Shown one piece after another: positions 19,013-28,985 of a stretch of 64,000 nucleotides of DNA. The DNA comes from Candidatus Poribacteria bacterium (GTDB lineage Bacteria > Poribacteria > WGA-4E > PCPOR2b): NCBI GenBank assembly GCA_965116925.1, contig OZ220744.1, positions 1,664,001 through 1,728,000 of the forward strand. The letters run 5' to 3'. The notes under the pieces were generated by a model, which saw only the letters and a program-made list of their open reading frames with translations, was not told the origin of the DNA and made no database searches. Both the position numbers and the translations under genes were made by a program. The first letter of the stretch is position 1. Each line of letters begins with the position of its first letter.

Positions 19013-19663
19013 TTATTCAAACGATTTTTCAGGTTTGTAAAACAGTGTGACATTCTTTCGTGGGTATTCTACGCTCCAGCCGTACTGGATTGCGATCCAT
19101 TCCATTGTTGCTTGTTTGTAAAAACAGACATGTGTGGGCTCACGATGATACCACCAGTTAGCAAAGTCCGTATCTGAGTCCAGTGTTTCTGTCATAATTC
19201 CCAACCACCCATTACACCGGAGCAGTCGGTTAAACCGATGAAATTCTTTCGCGGGTTGATAGAAATGCTCGACCGTTTCGGTACAAGTGATAAAATCGTA
19301 TTCGCGCTCAAGGAGAGCGGTATCCGGTGCGAAGTAGGGATCGTAGATAGCCATGGGGAACCCCGCCTCTTCAAGCATAACCGAAAGTGTGGGTCCCGGA
19401 CCCGAACCGAAATCAAGCCCTTTCGCTCCCGGCTGTAGTTTGGGTATCAGGTGGTCGGTCAGCCGGCTGAGAAACTGCCGGTAGCGGCAATCTTCAGGAC
19501 TGTTTTCGTGCAACAGATACCGGGTGAGCTCATCCTCTGGGGAGAGATGGGATTCGGACGAAAGAAATGTCAGGTGGCACACGTCGCAACGCCAAAAAGT
19601 CTTAGAATCAACGACGGCAAGTTGCCGAACCAGATCAGAGTGGCACAGGGGACAGGCTCCCAT
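19013..19663 (-). CDS. Class I SAM methyltransferase with N-terminal CxxC..CxxC zinc motif
   Basis: CPLC/CDVC, GLDFGSGPGP, YDPYF, TETVEHF, WWYHREPTHVCFY; ATG 2 nt after the upstream stop. Confidence 0.82.
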   Translation of the reverse strand: MGACPLCHSDLVRQLAVVDSKTFWRCDVCHLTFLSSESHLSPEDELTRYLLHENSPEDCRYRQFLSRLTDHLIPKLQPGAKGLDFGSGPGPTLSVMLEEAGFPMAIYDPYFAPDTALLEREYDFITCTETVEHFYQPAKEFHRFNRLLRCNGWLGIMTETLDSDTDFANWWYHREPTHVCFYKQATMEWIAIQYGWSVEYPRKNVTLFYKPEKSFE

Positions 19664-19665
19664 AT

Positions 19666-20403
19666 CTACGGAGTCAAGTTCGCAAGCTGCGTCTTTATCC
19701 ACGCAATCACCTTCTCGACCATCACAGGTGTAGACTCATCACTGAAAACGTGGTTCGCACCTTCAATCGTGACGAGTTGCGCCCGATTATTGGCTTTGGC
19801 TAGAATATCATGGGAATCCGCAATCGGTACAACGTCATCTTCGTCGCCGTGGACCAAGAGCCAAGGCACAGTGATTTCCACCCCAAGGTTTACCACCGTA
19901 TCGATCTGCGTTAGATCAGCCATGTAGCCGCCCGAAAGTGGACAATCCGGTTCGTCCCACATGAAGCCTTCATCGGGCGTGACATCGCCGAATTCACGTT
20001 GTGCGAAGGCTTTGGTGTGTACCATGCCCGCGAGAGAAACCAGCAGTCGAATTCGACTGTCCTCGCTAGCACGCAGCACACCAACCGCTCCACCCATGCT
20101 GTGACCTACATAGCATACTGTGTGCTCTTTTAGGCGATCAAGCACAGCCCCCAGATCCTCAACCTCTTTGGAGATGGTGGAATCGGTAAATTTACCTTCT
20201 GACTCACCATTTCCAGAGAAGGAGAATCGCAATGCAGGAATCCCCGCCGCAGCTAAGCCTTCGCCCAACGCCACGACAAAAGGGCGATCTTTGTTCCCGG
20301 TTACGCCGTGCCCAAGGACAACGATATTTTTAGACTCCCTTTCACCTTCATGAAAGCTATAATCAAGTTGTTCGCCTTGTCTATTTTTAATCTCACCAAA
20401 CAT
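19666..20403 (-). CDS. Alpha/beta hydrolase
   Basis: GHSMGG nucleophile elbow, HGDEDDVVP, GANHVF catalytic triad pattern. Confidence 0.88.
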   Translation of the reverse strand: MFGEIKNRQGEQLDYSFHEGERESKNIVVLGHGVTGNKDRPFVVALGEGLAAAGIPALRFSFSGNGESEGKFTDSTISKEVEDLGAVLDRLKEHTVCYVGHSMGGAVGVLRASEDSRIRLLVSLAGMVHTKAFAQREFGDVTPDEGFMWDEPDCPLSGGYMADLTQIDTVVNLGVEITVPWLLVHGDEDDVVPIADSHDILAKANNRAQLVTIEGANHVFSDESTPVMVEKVIAWIKTQLANLTP

Positions 20404-20426
20404 AGTTAGGTATCTCTCCACAGTTT

Positions 20427-22115
20427 TTATGACAGATAAAGCTGCGGATCTAATTCAGCCAGCTTTACCAGATTCTTTTCCTTCTCCGTGCGATGTTTGA
20501 TTTCTACCGAATCGGTTTCGAGTGTGCGTTGGCTAATCGTAAGTCGCAAAGGCATCCCCAACAGATCTGCCTCCTTGAACTTAACGCCTGGGCTTTCTTG
20601 CCGATCATCGTAGAGCACTTCATACCCCTTTGCACGTAGCTCCGTATAGAGCGACTCAGCCCGTTGGCGCACCTCATCCCCCTTGCCGATGTGCATTAGA
20701 TGAATCTGATAGGGTGCGACAGCGCGGGGCCAAATAATACCGTCCTCGTCGTGGTTTGCCTCAACGATGCTAGCGAGCAGACGTCCGATCCCGATGCCGT
20801 AGCAACCCATGAAAAGCAGCTCCGGTCGCCCTTTCTGGCTAAGATAGGTCGCGTTCATTGGCTCACTGTACTTTGTGCCGAGCTTAAAGATGTTGCCGAC
20901 TTCAATTCCGCGTTTCTCTCTCAATGTTCCCCCACAGTGGACACAGGTCATTCCATCACGCGCTAGCGAAATATCGGTGACAATGTCCGCCTTAAAATCA
21001 CGTGGGTAATTTATGTTTTTCAGATGGTATCCCGGCTTATTGGCACCGGCGATCAGATTCGTGGTGGACGCAACGGAATCATCCACAACCACCGTGACGC
21101 CTTTCACATCAATTGGTGAGGCATAGCCAGCAACTAAGCCGTATCTCTGCAGCTCGTCATCGGTAGAAAACCAGAGATGCGTGGCTCCCACAGCTTTTTT
21201 GAGTTTGGTTTCGTTCACCTCAATATCGCCGCGGATAGCCGCGAAAATAAGACTTTCGTCGGTCGAGTAGAATACCGCCTTGAGGGTCTGTTCTTTTTCG
21301 ACGCCGAGGTAATTTGCAACATCTTCGATTGTGCTTTGGCCTGGCGTCTCAAGTTCCTCGATTGGTTCAGACTCACCGTTATTAACCTGCGGTTTCTGCA
21401 TCATAGCAACATCTGCATTTGCCTGATAATCACAACTGTTGCAAGAGATAATTCTATCCTCGCCGGCATCAGCAATTAGCATGAACTCGTGTGCCTCTGT
21501 TCCTCCAATTATCCCCGGATCAGATTCTACCGCGACGACATCAATGCCTGTACGATGAAAAATGTTAAGATACACCTGATGCATCTCGGCATAGTATCTA
21601 TCCAGATCGGCTTCATCCGTATGGAAGCTATATGCATCTTTCATTGCAAATTCACGCACACGGATTAAACCAGCGCGGGGCCGTGGTTCATCCCGAAACT
21701 TCAGTTTAATCTGATAGAACATCAGTGGTAACTGCCGATAGGAATTGGTCTGATTCCTAACTAAGTCGGTGACCGCCTCCTCATGGGTCATTGCAAGCAC
21801 TAGCCTCCGACCAAATCGATCCTCAAAGCCAGCCAACTCCCTACCGACAAGCATCTCCCAGCGTCCGGTTTCTTGCCATAGACCTGCGGGTTGGACAAGC
21901 GGCATATCAATCTCTTGTCCACCGATGGCGTCCATCTCGTCGCGAATGATATTTTCAATCTTGCGTAAGGCACGTTGGGCGAGCGGCAGGTAGCTATACA
22001 TGCCCACTACTAGACGGCGAATCATACCCGCCTGTAGAAGCAGTTGATGGCTAGGGATTTCCGCCTCTGATGGAATTTCTCTGAGTGTGCGCCCAAATAG
22101 TTGGGATCTTCTCAT
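20427..22115 (-). CDS. proS: Prolyl-tRNA synthetase (bacterial type with editing domain)
   Basis: SHQLLLQAG, THEE, KFRDEPRPR.GLIRVREF.MKDAYSF, GIEVGNIFKLGTKYS, MGCYGIG. Confidence 0.97.
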   Translation of the reverse strand: MRRSQLFGRTLREIPSEAEIPSHQLLLQAGMIRRLVVGMYSYLPLAQRALRKIENIIRDEMDAIGGQEIDMPLVQPAGLWQETGRWEMLVGRELAGFEDRFGRRLVLAMTHEEAVTDLVRNQTNSYRQLPLMFYQIKLKFRDEPRPRAGLIRVREFAMKDAYSFHTDEADLDRYYAEMHQVYLNIFHRTGIDVVAVESDPGIIGGTEAHEFMLIADAGEDRIISCNSCDYQANADVAMMQKPQVNNGESEPIEELETPGQSTIEDVANYLGVEKEQTLKAVFYSTDESLIFAAIRGDIEVNETKLKKAVGATHLWFSTDDELQRYGLVAGYASPIDVKGVTVVVDDSVASTTNLIAGANKPGYHLKNINYPRDFKADIVTDISLARDGMTCVHCGGTLREKRGIEVGNIFKLGTKYSEPMNATYLSQKGRPELLFMGCYGIGIGRLLASIVEANHDEDGIIWPRAVAPYQIHLMHIGKGDEVRQRAESLYTELRAKGYEVLYDDRQESPGVKFKEADLLGMPLRLTISQRTLETDSVEIKHRTEKEKNLVKLAELDPQLYLS

Positions 22116-22129
22116 CGCCTGATACTCTT

Positions 22130-22360
22130 TAGGAGTTACGCAGCTGAACACTCGGAACAGACATTACAACCGAGCGTGCAGCCGTCTGTGAAACGTGATG
22201 CGTGAAACGTGAAAACAGAATGAACCCATGAACTATAGTAGATTTTAGAATTAATTGAACACTATGAACGAGCAAGGTCAGGAATCTGTTCACCGAGTTA
22301 CGGCATACGGAGTATGCCTACTACTAAAGGGTTACGGCATACGGAGTATGCCTATTACTA
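22130..22360. repeat. Repeat cluster: family B end, heptamer repeat, family A left end, two GTAG-type REP palindromes
   Basis: TAGGAGTTACGCAGCTGAACACTC at 22130; AAACGTGATGCGTGAAACGTG at 22191; TATAGTAGATTTTAGAATTAAT at 22234; GTTACGGCATACGGAGTATGCCTA at 22297 and 22331. Confidence 0.75.
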
Positions 22361-22364
22361 TAAC

Positions 22365-23423
22365 TTAATTGGCGACTGATTCTGCGATCATGTCCCCGAT
22401 TTCTGTTGTTGTGAATCCCATTCGTCCGGCAGCGAGGTCCTTGATTTGTCCACTGGAGAGCAGGTCGCTAACTGCTCCGTCAACCAAAGCTGCGCCTTCT
22501 GTTTCACCGATATGTTCGAGCATCATGCCAGCTGCACTAATCGCTGCGATTGGGTTGATCTGGTTTTTTCCGGTGTATCGTGGTGCCGAGCCGTGAATTG
22601 GTTCAAACATGGCTACGCTCTCAGGATTGAGGTTGCCTGACGCAGCGATCCCCATACCGCCTTGGATCATCGCACCGAGGTCTGTAATGATGTCACCAAA
22701 CATGTTGCAGGTCACAATGACATCAAACCATTCGGGGTTTTTGACCATCCACATTGTTGTCGCATCGACAAAGGCGTAGTCCGTTTCGATGTCGGCATAT
22801 TCGGTGCCTACCTCATCGAAGACACGCCGCCAGAGGTCATGTGCGTACGTCAGCACATTCGCCTTATCGCACAGTGTCAACTGTTTTGCTCTGTTCCGTT
22901 TGCGGGTCAGTTCAAAGGCGTAACGAACGCAACGTTCCACCCCTTTGCGGGTGTTGATCATCTCTTGGATAGCGACTTCATCAGGCGTTCCATGCTTCAA
23001 GAATCCACCGATCCCAGCGTATAAACCTTCTGTGTTCTCCCGAACAATGATAAAGTCAATCTCTTCAGGTCCCTTGTCTTTGATGGGTGTCCAAACACCG
23101 GGGTAGAGTTTGACGGGCCTAAGGTTGATATAGAGATCCAATTCAAAGCGGGTTCGCAATAGAATCCCTTTTTCCAAGATACCCGGTGTCACATCGGGAT
23201 GACCGATGGCGCCCAGAAAGATTGCGTCCGTCTGCCGAAACTCATCGAGCGCGCTGTTTGGCAGGATCTCCCCGGTTTCGAGGTAGCGATCGCCGCCGAA
23301 GTCGTATTCAACGGTTTCATATTTGAAGCCTGTTTTGTCCGCAGCGGCCCCGAAGACCTTCATCGCTTCGTTTGTTACCTCGGGGCCAATCCCATCGCCA
23401 GGGATGAGAGCAATTTTATGCAT
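22365..23423 (-). CDS. leuB: 3-isopropylmalate dehydrogenase
   Basis: [47 protein letters not shown]. Confidence 0.88.
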   Translation of the reverse strand: MHKIALIPGDGIGPEVTNEAMKVFGAAADKTGFKYETVEYDFGGDRYLETGEILPNSALDEFRQTDAIFLGAIGHPDVTPGILEKGILLRTRFELDLYINLRPVKLYPGVWTPIKDKGPEEIDFIIVRENTEGLYAGIGGFLKHGTPDEVAIQEMINTRKGVERCVRYAFELTRKRNRAKQLTLCDKANVLTYAHDLWRRVFDEVGTEYADIETDYAFVDATTMWMVKNPEWFDVIVTCNMFGDIITDLGAMIQGGMGIAASGNLNPESVAMFEPIHGSAPRYTGKNQINPIAAISAAGMMLEHIGETEGAALVDGAVSDLLSSGQIKDLAAGRMGFTTTEIGDMIAESVAN

Positions 23424-23579
23424 CGAATTCCTCCAGAAAATGTAGTTGTACTAAAAGTTGCGAGGTGCGTAGGTTCGACCTTATGAAAGGTTTCAGCCAC
23501 TTTGAACCGTACTTACATTTTAACACGCCTTTGGGCAAACTGCCAATTTTTTTCTAGTTGTGTTGGGTTTATAAAGCCT

Positions 23580-23607
23580 TTGACACCTAGCGGGACTGTG
23601 TTATAAT
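23580..23607 (+). promoter_or_regulatory. Sigma70-type promoter of the MNT-HEPN pair
   Basis: TTGACA-16 bp-TATAAT with TGn extended -10. Confidence 0.6.
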
Positions 23608-23650
23608 ACCCACCTGTCAGATTTGAAAAGTATTATCCCGATAATGGAGG

Positions 23651-23974
23651 ATGAATATGCAATCCGACCCTGAGGTAATCGAACAACTGGTGCAACGTAT
23701 TATCGAGCTTGTCCACCCCCTGCGAATTATTCTTTTCGGTTCTGCAGCTCGGGGCGAAATGAGCCCTGACAGCGACATTGACGTTCTTGTAGTAATGCCC
23801 GAAGGTGTTCACCGGCGGCGGACTGCACAACTCTTATACCAGCAGATCAGGGGATTGGGAGTCCCTTTTGATATTTTGGTGGCAACACCCAATGATCTCG
23901 AAAAGCATAAGGACAATATCGGTCTGATTTATCGGAGTATACTGCGGGAAGGGAGAGAGGTATATGCCGTCTGA
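23651..23974 (+). CDS. Minimal nucleotidyltransferase (MNT), putative antitoxin
   Basis: ILFGSAARGEMSPDSDIDVLVV (GSx10DxD). Confidence 0.9.
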   Translation: MNMQSDPEVIEQLVQRIIELVHPLRIILFGSAARGEMSPDSDIDVLVVMPEGVHRRRTAQLLYQQIRGLGVPFDILVATPNDLEKHKDNIGLIYRSILREGREVYAV

Positions 23975-24359
23975 GGGGCATGTATTAGGAAATGCCGTCG
24001 ATTGGCTCCGTTATGCCGAAAGCGACTTGGAGATCGCGCGCATCACTCAATCTTCCCGGATCTTGCTTGAAGGACTATGTTTCCATGCCCAACAAGCTGC
24101 AGAAAAAGCTCTTAAAGCAGTGTTAATTTCTCAAGCCATTCCTTTCCCTAGAACGCACAACATAACGATCCTAATCGATTTACTTCCGCAAAATATCTCA
24201 TTACCATCAGAAGTGGAAGCGGCAGCACTTCTCACAGACTATGCTGTTTTAACGCGCTATCCGGGCAATCTCGAACCTATCACTGAAGAAGAATACCATG
24301 AAGCTGTGCGTCTTGCCGAAGGGGTTGTCGACTGGGCCAAAACGCTCATTCAGTCATGA
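23964..24359 (+). CDS. HEPN domain protein
   Basis: FHAQQAAEKALKA, RTHNI, TRYP motifs; overlaps the MNT gene. Confidence 0.9.
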   Translation: MPSEGHVLGNAVDWLRYAESDLEIARITQSSRILLEGLCFHAQQAAEKALKAVLISQAIPFPRTHNITILIDLLPQNISLPSEVEAAALLTDYAVLTRYPGNLEPITEEEYHEAVRLAEGVVDWAKTLIQS

Positions 24360-24384
24360 GAGATTACCAAGAGATTAGGCAACA

Positions 24385-25533
24385 TCATTCATAGACAATC
24401 GTATCGACGCGGTGGGCGTTGATATAGTCCCAATCCAATTCCACACCCAACCCAGGACCTTGAGGAACCAGCACATGCCCATTGGAATCAATGTTCTCCA
24501 GTTCATCCGTGAATTCGGGCGGATGGATGGGCGGTTTCGTGTGCTTTATCAGCGGATTCAGTAGCCCAAGTTCGTAGTAATTGGTGTTGCGGATGGCGGC
24601 GATGCAGTGACGGTGAGGTATGCTTCCACCGTGGAATTCCACATCCAAGCCAAATCCTTCAGCAGCGCGTGCCACCTTCATCGCGCCGGTGATACCGCCG
24701 TCCTCGTAGGTGCCAGTCCGCACAAAATCTGTGCCGCCATTGACGATAAAGTCGACATGCTGCTCCAATCCAAAGATATGTTCCGTCTGTAACAACGGCG
24801 TCTTAATCAACTCCCGCAGCTTCTTGTGACCGAAGACCGAAACCCCGCCGTCTTTGTACGCATCTTCCAGCCAAAAGAAATTTTGCTCGTCGCACGCTTT
24901 ACCTAACTTGAGTGCATCCGCCCACGTCTCTAACTCACAGGCAGGATCGACCATCAGATCCATCCGATCGCCCACACGCTGCCCGACCGCGTGGATATTT
25001 GCCACTTCCCGTTCAATGGGGGCATCCCCCCAACCGTGGATTTTAAACCCAGGATATCCCAACTCGGCGCACTGCTCGGCAAAATCGGCAAATGCTTCGG
25101 GGGTACTCAATCCGCCGTTCTCATCGCCGTGGTAGGTGCTCGCATACGCCGGGATAGTTTCTCTCCAGCCACCGAGTAGTTGGTAAATCGGGGCATTGTA
25201 TACCTTGCCCGCAAAATCCCACAACGCAACATCAAGCCCGCTGAGGGCAGTGGTGCCGGTATGGCGTAACCCCCGCTTGACGTCGTTGTATATCTTTTCA
25301 CGCTCAAAGGGATTCTTCCCTAGGGCGTAGTTGGCGACATTTGGGGCGATGTTCCGTCCAGTCGATTCACCGATTACCCCGGTACTGGTATGAATCCGCA
25401 GGATCGATGACTGCATCTTGTGGACATTGCCCTTCTCGTAGACGAGGTTAAAGCCGTTGTAATCGGTGCCCATGTCCTGAATTTCGTATTCAAAAATCAC
25501 CGTTTCGATTTTGGTAATCTTCGGATTTGCCAT
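24385..25533 (-). CDS. Mandelate racemase/muconate lactonizing enzyme family protein
   Basis: DVALWDFAGK, LLGG, FKIHGW, LMVD, WLED, QTE, PQGPGLGVELDW. Confidence 0.88.
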   Translation of the reverse strand: MANPKITKIETVIFEYEIQDMGTDYNGFNLVYEKGNVHKMQSSILRIHTSTGVIGESTGRNIAPNVANYALGKNPFEREKIYNDVKRGLRHTGTTALSGLDVALWDFAGKVYNAPIYQLLGGWRETIPAYASTYHGDENGGLSTPEAFADFAEQCAELGYPGFKIHGWGDAPIEREVANIHAVGQRVGDRMDLMVDPACELETWADALKLGKACDEQNFFWLEDAYKDGGVSVFGHKKLRELIKTPLLQTEHIFGLEQHVDFIVNGGTDFVRTGTYEDGGITGAMKVARAAEGFGLDVEFHGGSIPHRHCIAAIRNTNYYELGLLNPLIKHTKPPIHPPEFTDELENIDSNGHVLVPQGPGLGVELDWDYINAHRVDTIVYE

Positions 25534-25573
25534 TAAGTTAGCTCCTCTCTTGAGTATTGCTGCTTTGTTCTTG

Positions 25574-26031
25574 AATTATGTTGATTCACGCTGTCATACA
25601 CATTGCGCTCCGCTGGAGCGCGGGGATTGGGCCTATTACCCTTCTATAGATATATCGCTCCTCTGGAGCGAGAATTGAGTGTCCGTTTTCTGGTTTTCTC
25701 GTCTTCGCCTTCATTTTTCCAATTTTCCCAATTTTCCCGTCGAAAGTGGGGGTGCTCCATTTAGGAAAGTAGTATATCGTTTGGGGTGCGGTGTTGGGTT
25801 TCACGTTGTCGATTTATAAGTCCTTTAATTATGTTGATTCACGCTGTTATACACATTGCGCTCCGCTGGAGCGCGGGGGTTGGACCTATTGCCCTTCTAT
25901 AGACATATTGCTCCTCTGGAGCGAGAATTGAGTGCCCGTTTTCCCGTTTTCTGGTTTTCTCGTCTTCACCTGTATTTTCCCAATTTTCCCAATTTTCCCG
26001 TCGAAAGTGGGGGTGCCCCATTTAGGAAAGT
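25574..26031. repeat. Two ~200-bp direct repeats (25574-25770, 25827-26031) at the left border of the R-M island
   Basis: Near-identical blocks AATTATGTTGATTCACGCTG ... CATTTAGGAAAGT; the core recurs at 39387-39461; the second copy overlaps the hsdR stop. Confidence 0.9.
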
Positions 26032-28982
26032 GTCGCTCCCTCGCGATAGGCTTCATAGAGTTGACGCTTGAGATCTTCGTTGACATCTGGTTTTGATAAT
26101 TTTGTGTAGAGATCTAGCTTACTATTGACGAAATCCAATAAAATCTCATCGATCACCTGATCAAACTTATACCGTTTGTTAGTCTCCGTGTTATCTCCCT
26201 CGATTACCTGTCGCAGTTCTTCGTGATCGTGCACTTTTTGGTTAATAGTCTCAATATCAACCTTATCTTCCACCGTGAAATCTGTCTGATAGGCATCGTT
26301 CAGAGCGTCAATGATATTGGAGAGGAGATCCTGTTCAGGATCTCGGATCGTGGCGACCTCACTCCCAATTCCTTCAACCTCGCTATCTTCCGCCTCAAGG
26401 GAGAGTTGTAGGCTGTCATGCGTTCTTTGCACGCGAAACGAATCCAGATCCACAGATGCCAAGACATCGCGCACGTCGGGATAATCCCGCTTCGGCAGCT
26501 TCTTGTTCAGACTACGACCGAAGATGTACAGCTTTTCCAATGCCACGTCGGTGAAGGTAATCAACTGTGAGATGTATCCGTAGAGGCGGATGTAACTTTG
26601 CAAGGTAGACCGAAAGTCTTCCCGTTCATTCATTTCAAGTTTTGACCACCTCTTGACAACGCGATCGAGGACGCCTTGTAGCAACTCATCTGGGCGACTT
26701 GGTTCATAAAAGACAGTACAGAATTCTTCGATGGTATCCTCATCGTAGAGGTCACAACTGTCCAACTGGCTCTGTAGGTCATACAACCGATTCGGGTCGG
26801 TCTCCTCAGCGAGTATCGTGGTTTGATAGTACCCCTGAAACGCTTCCTGTACCTGATCCGGTTCATTCACAAAGTCGAGCACCAGCGTATCCGTCTTGCC
26901 GTTGGCGACACGGTTCAGGCGGCTCAGACTCTGGACACATTGCAGCCCGTCTAACCGCTTATCGACGTACATCGTCTGTAGCATCGACTCATCGAAACCG
27001 GTCTGGAACTTATTGGACACAATCAGGATCCGATACTCAGGGCTCTTGAAACTGTCCGCAATTGAAACGCGCGGCGGCAACCCGTTCATCCCGTCTTCTG
27101 TGTAATCCCGTCCGTTGTCGGTGTCGTGCACCGTGCTGCTGAACGCGACCAGACAACCGTAGGAGAGCCCCATTTCCCGCATCTGTCTATCAAATTCCTG
27201 TTTATATCTGACGCAGTGCAACCGGGACGGCGTGACCAACATCGCCCGCCCCTTCCCTCCGATTGTCTTTGCAGTCCGTGCGGTGAAGTGTTCTAGGATA
27301 ATCCGGGTCTTGGTCTCGATGCTGTGGGGTTGCAGGTCAACGTAGTTGGTCAGGGCTCGCAGCGTCCGCGCCTTCTCGTACTCTTTATCCTCCGGCACAC
27401 TCTTGACCAGTTGAAAGTATCTCTGAAAAGTGGTGTAGTTCTGGAGCACGTCCAGCGTGAACCCTTCGCTGATGCTCTGGCGCATCGAATAGACGTGGAA
27501 CGGGACAAATTTCCCATCTGCGTCTTGCCGTCCGAACAGTTCTAGGGTCTTGTTTTTCGGTGTGCCGCTGAAACCGAAATAGGAGATGTGATCCTGCATC
27601 CTACGCCCCTCCATCTCCTCAATGATCCGAGCGTCTATATCCGATACTTCGTCGGTGTCATCTTCTTCTACCCCTCCCTCAATTCCTTTTGAGAGCGAGG
27701 TTCTGAGGTTTCTGGCGGATTCACCGGTCTGCGAGGAGTGGGCTTCGTCGATAATCACGGCGAAGGTTTTGCTTCTGAGTTTGCCAATCTCCTCTGCAAT
27801 CACGCTGAACTTCTGAATCGTCGAGATGATGATGTCTTTGCTATTCTCAAGGAAACCCTTGAGTTGTGCTGAGGTTCCCTCAACGGGATGCACCACGCCG
27901 TCAACCTGTTCTACCTGCTTAATCGTGTCCTGAAGCTGCTTGTCAAGTACGCGCCGATCGGTCACAACAATGACGGAGTCGAAGATGCGCTTTGTGTCGT
28001 TCGGAGAGCGGTACAGATGCGTCAGTAGGTGTGCTAACCACGCGATGGAGTTTGATTTGCCGCTCCCTGTGGTGTGTTGGATTAGGTAGTTGCGCCCAAC
28101 ACCCTCCGCCACAATCGCCGCTTGCAATTTACGGATTACGTCAAGCTGATGGTAGCGTGGGAAAACGAGGGCGGTGTGCTTCACATCTCTCACCCCACCG
28201 AGGTCGGGGTCGTAGACCTTTTCTGTGGTCTCCTGTTCATGGATGAAGTTGTTGATTAACTCCATCAGGTTATCGGGGTGTAGGATGTCCTCCCACAGAT
28301 AGGCGGTCTTGTGACCGTCCGGGTTCACCGGGTTTTCGATACCCTTGTTGAACGGAAAGAAGCGTGTCTCGCCTTTCTGCAAGTGGGTTGTCATCGAAAC
28401 CTTCTCGTTACCCACCGCAAAGTGAACCAGACACCGCTTGAATTGGAATAACGGCTCTCTCGGATCTCGGTCGGTCCGGTACTGTTTCTCGGCGTCTGTC
28501 ACCGTCTGACCGGTGAGACTGTTTTTCAGTTCCATCGTCACCAACGGCAGACCGTTGAGGAACAACACCATATCAACTGATTTTTCGTTCTTCTCTGAAT
28601 ACTTCAGCTGCCGAATTAGGGAGAATCGGTTCTGAGTGTAGAGGCTTTGATGGTGGGGGTTCATGCCACTTGACGGACGGAAGTAGGTCAGGTTAAAGTT
28701 ACAACCCCTGTCTTTAACCCCTTTCCGCAATACGTCTAGCAGTCCACGACGCCCGATCTCTTTGCTTACACGGTCGCAGAATTTAACAGGTGTGTTCTCC
28801 TTGTACTGGCGCTCTAGTTTTTGATATTCCTCCGGCTGTGTGTCCTGAATAAACCGCAACGTCTCATTGAGCATCAGGCAGAGGGATTTGTTATAGAAGA
28901 TAGACTTGGGGGAGCGGTAACCTGACTGATTCAGATGTGCTTCGATGTGATCTTCAAAATCTGCTTCGTCATACGTCGGCAT
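26022..28982 (-). CDS. hsdR: Type I restriction enzyme R subunit
   Basis: D...LNGLPLVTMELK nuclease motif, HTTGSGKS Walker A, DEAH, FSGTP, FQTGFD, QSLSRLNR. Confidence 0.95.
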   Translation of the reverse strand: MPTYDEADFEDHIEAHLNQSGYRSPKSIFYNKSLCLMLNETLRFIQDTQPEEYQKLERQYKENTPVKFCDRVSKEIGRRGLLDVLRKGVKDRGCNFNLTYFRPSSGMNPHHQSLYTQNRFSLIRQLKYSEKNEKSVDMVLFLNGLPLVTMELKNSLTGQTVTDAEKQYRTDRDPREPLFQFKRCLVHFAVGNEKVSMTTHLQKGETRFFPFNKGIENPVNPDGHKTAYLWEDILHPDNLMELINNFIHEQETTEKVYDPDLGGVRDVKHTALVFPRYHQLDVIRKLQAAIVAEGVGRNYLIQHTTGSGKSNSIAWLAHLLTHLYRSPNDTKRIFDSVIVVTDRRVLDKQLQDTIKQVEQVDGVVHPVEGTSAQLKGFLENSKDIIISTIQKFSVIAEEIGKLRSKTFAVIIDEAHSSQTGESARNLRTSLSKGIEGGVEEDDTDEVSDIDARIIEEMEGRRMQDHISYFGFSGTPKNKTLELFGRQDADGKFVPFHVYSMRQSISEGFTLDVLQNYTTFQRYFQLVKSVPEDKEYEKARTLRALTNYVDLQPHSIETKTRIILEHFTARTAKTIGGKGRAMLVTPSRLHCVRYKQEFDRQMREMGLSYGCLVAFSSTVHDTDNGRDYTEDGMNGLPPRVSIADSFKSPEYRILIVSNKFQTGFDESMLQTMYVDKRLDGLQCVQSLSRLNRVANGKTDTLVLDFVNEPDQVQEAFQGYYQTTILAEETDPNRLYDLQSQLDSCDLYDEDTIEEFCTVFYEPSRPDELLQGVLDRVVKRWSKLEMNEREDFRSTLQSYIRLYGYISQLITFTDVALEKLYIFGRSLNKKLPKRDYPDVRDVLASVDLDSFRVQRTHDSLQLSLEAEDSEVEGIGSEVATIRDPEQDLLSNIIDALNDAYQTDFTVEDKVDIETINQKVHDHEELRQVIEGDNTETNKRYKFDQVIDEILLDFVNSKLDLYTKLSKPDVNEDLKRQLYEAYREGATLS

Positions 28983-28985
28983 GGG

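Noticed and set aside
25586..26086. Short ORFs of 60-72 aa downstream of hsdR
   Set aside because: They are translations of the duplicated non-coding repeat block.
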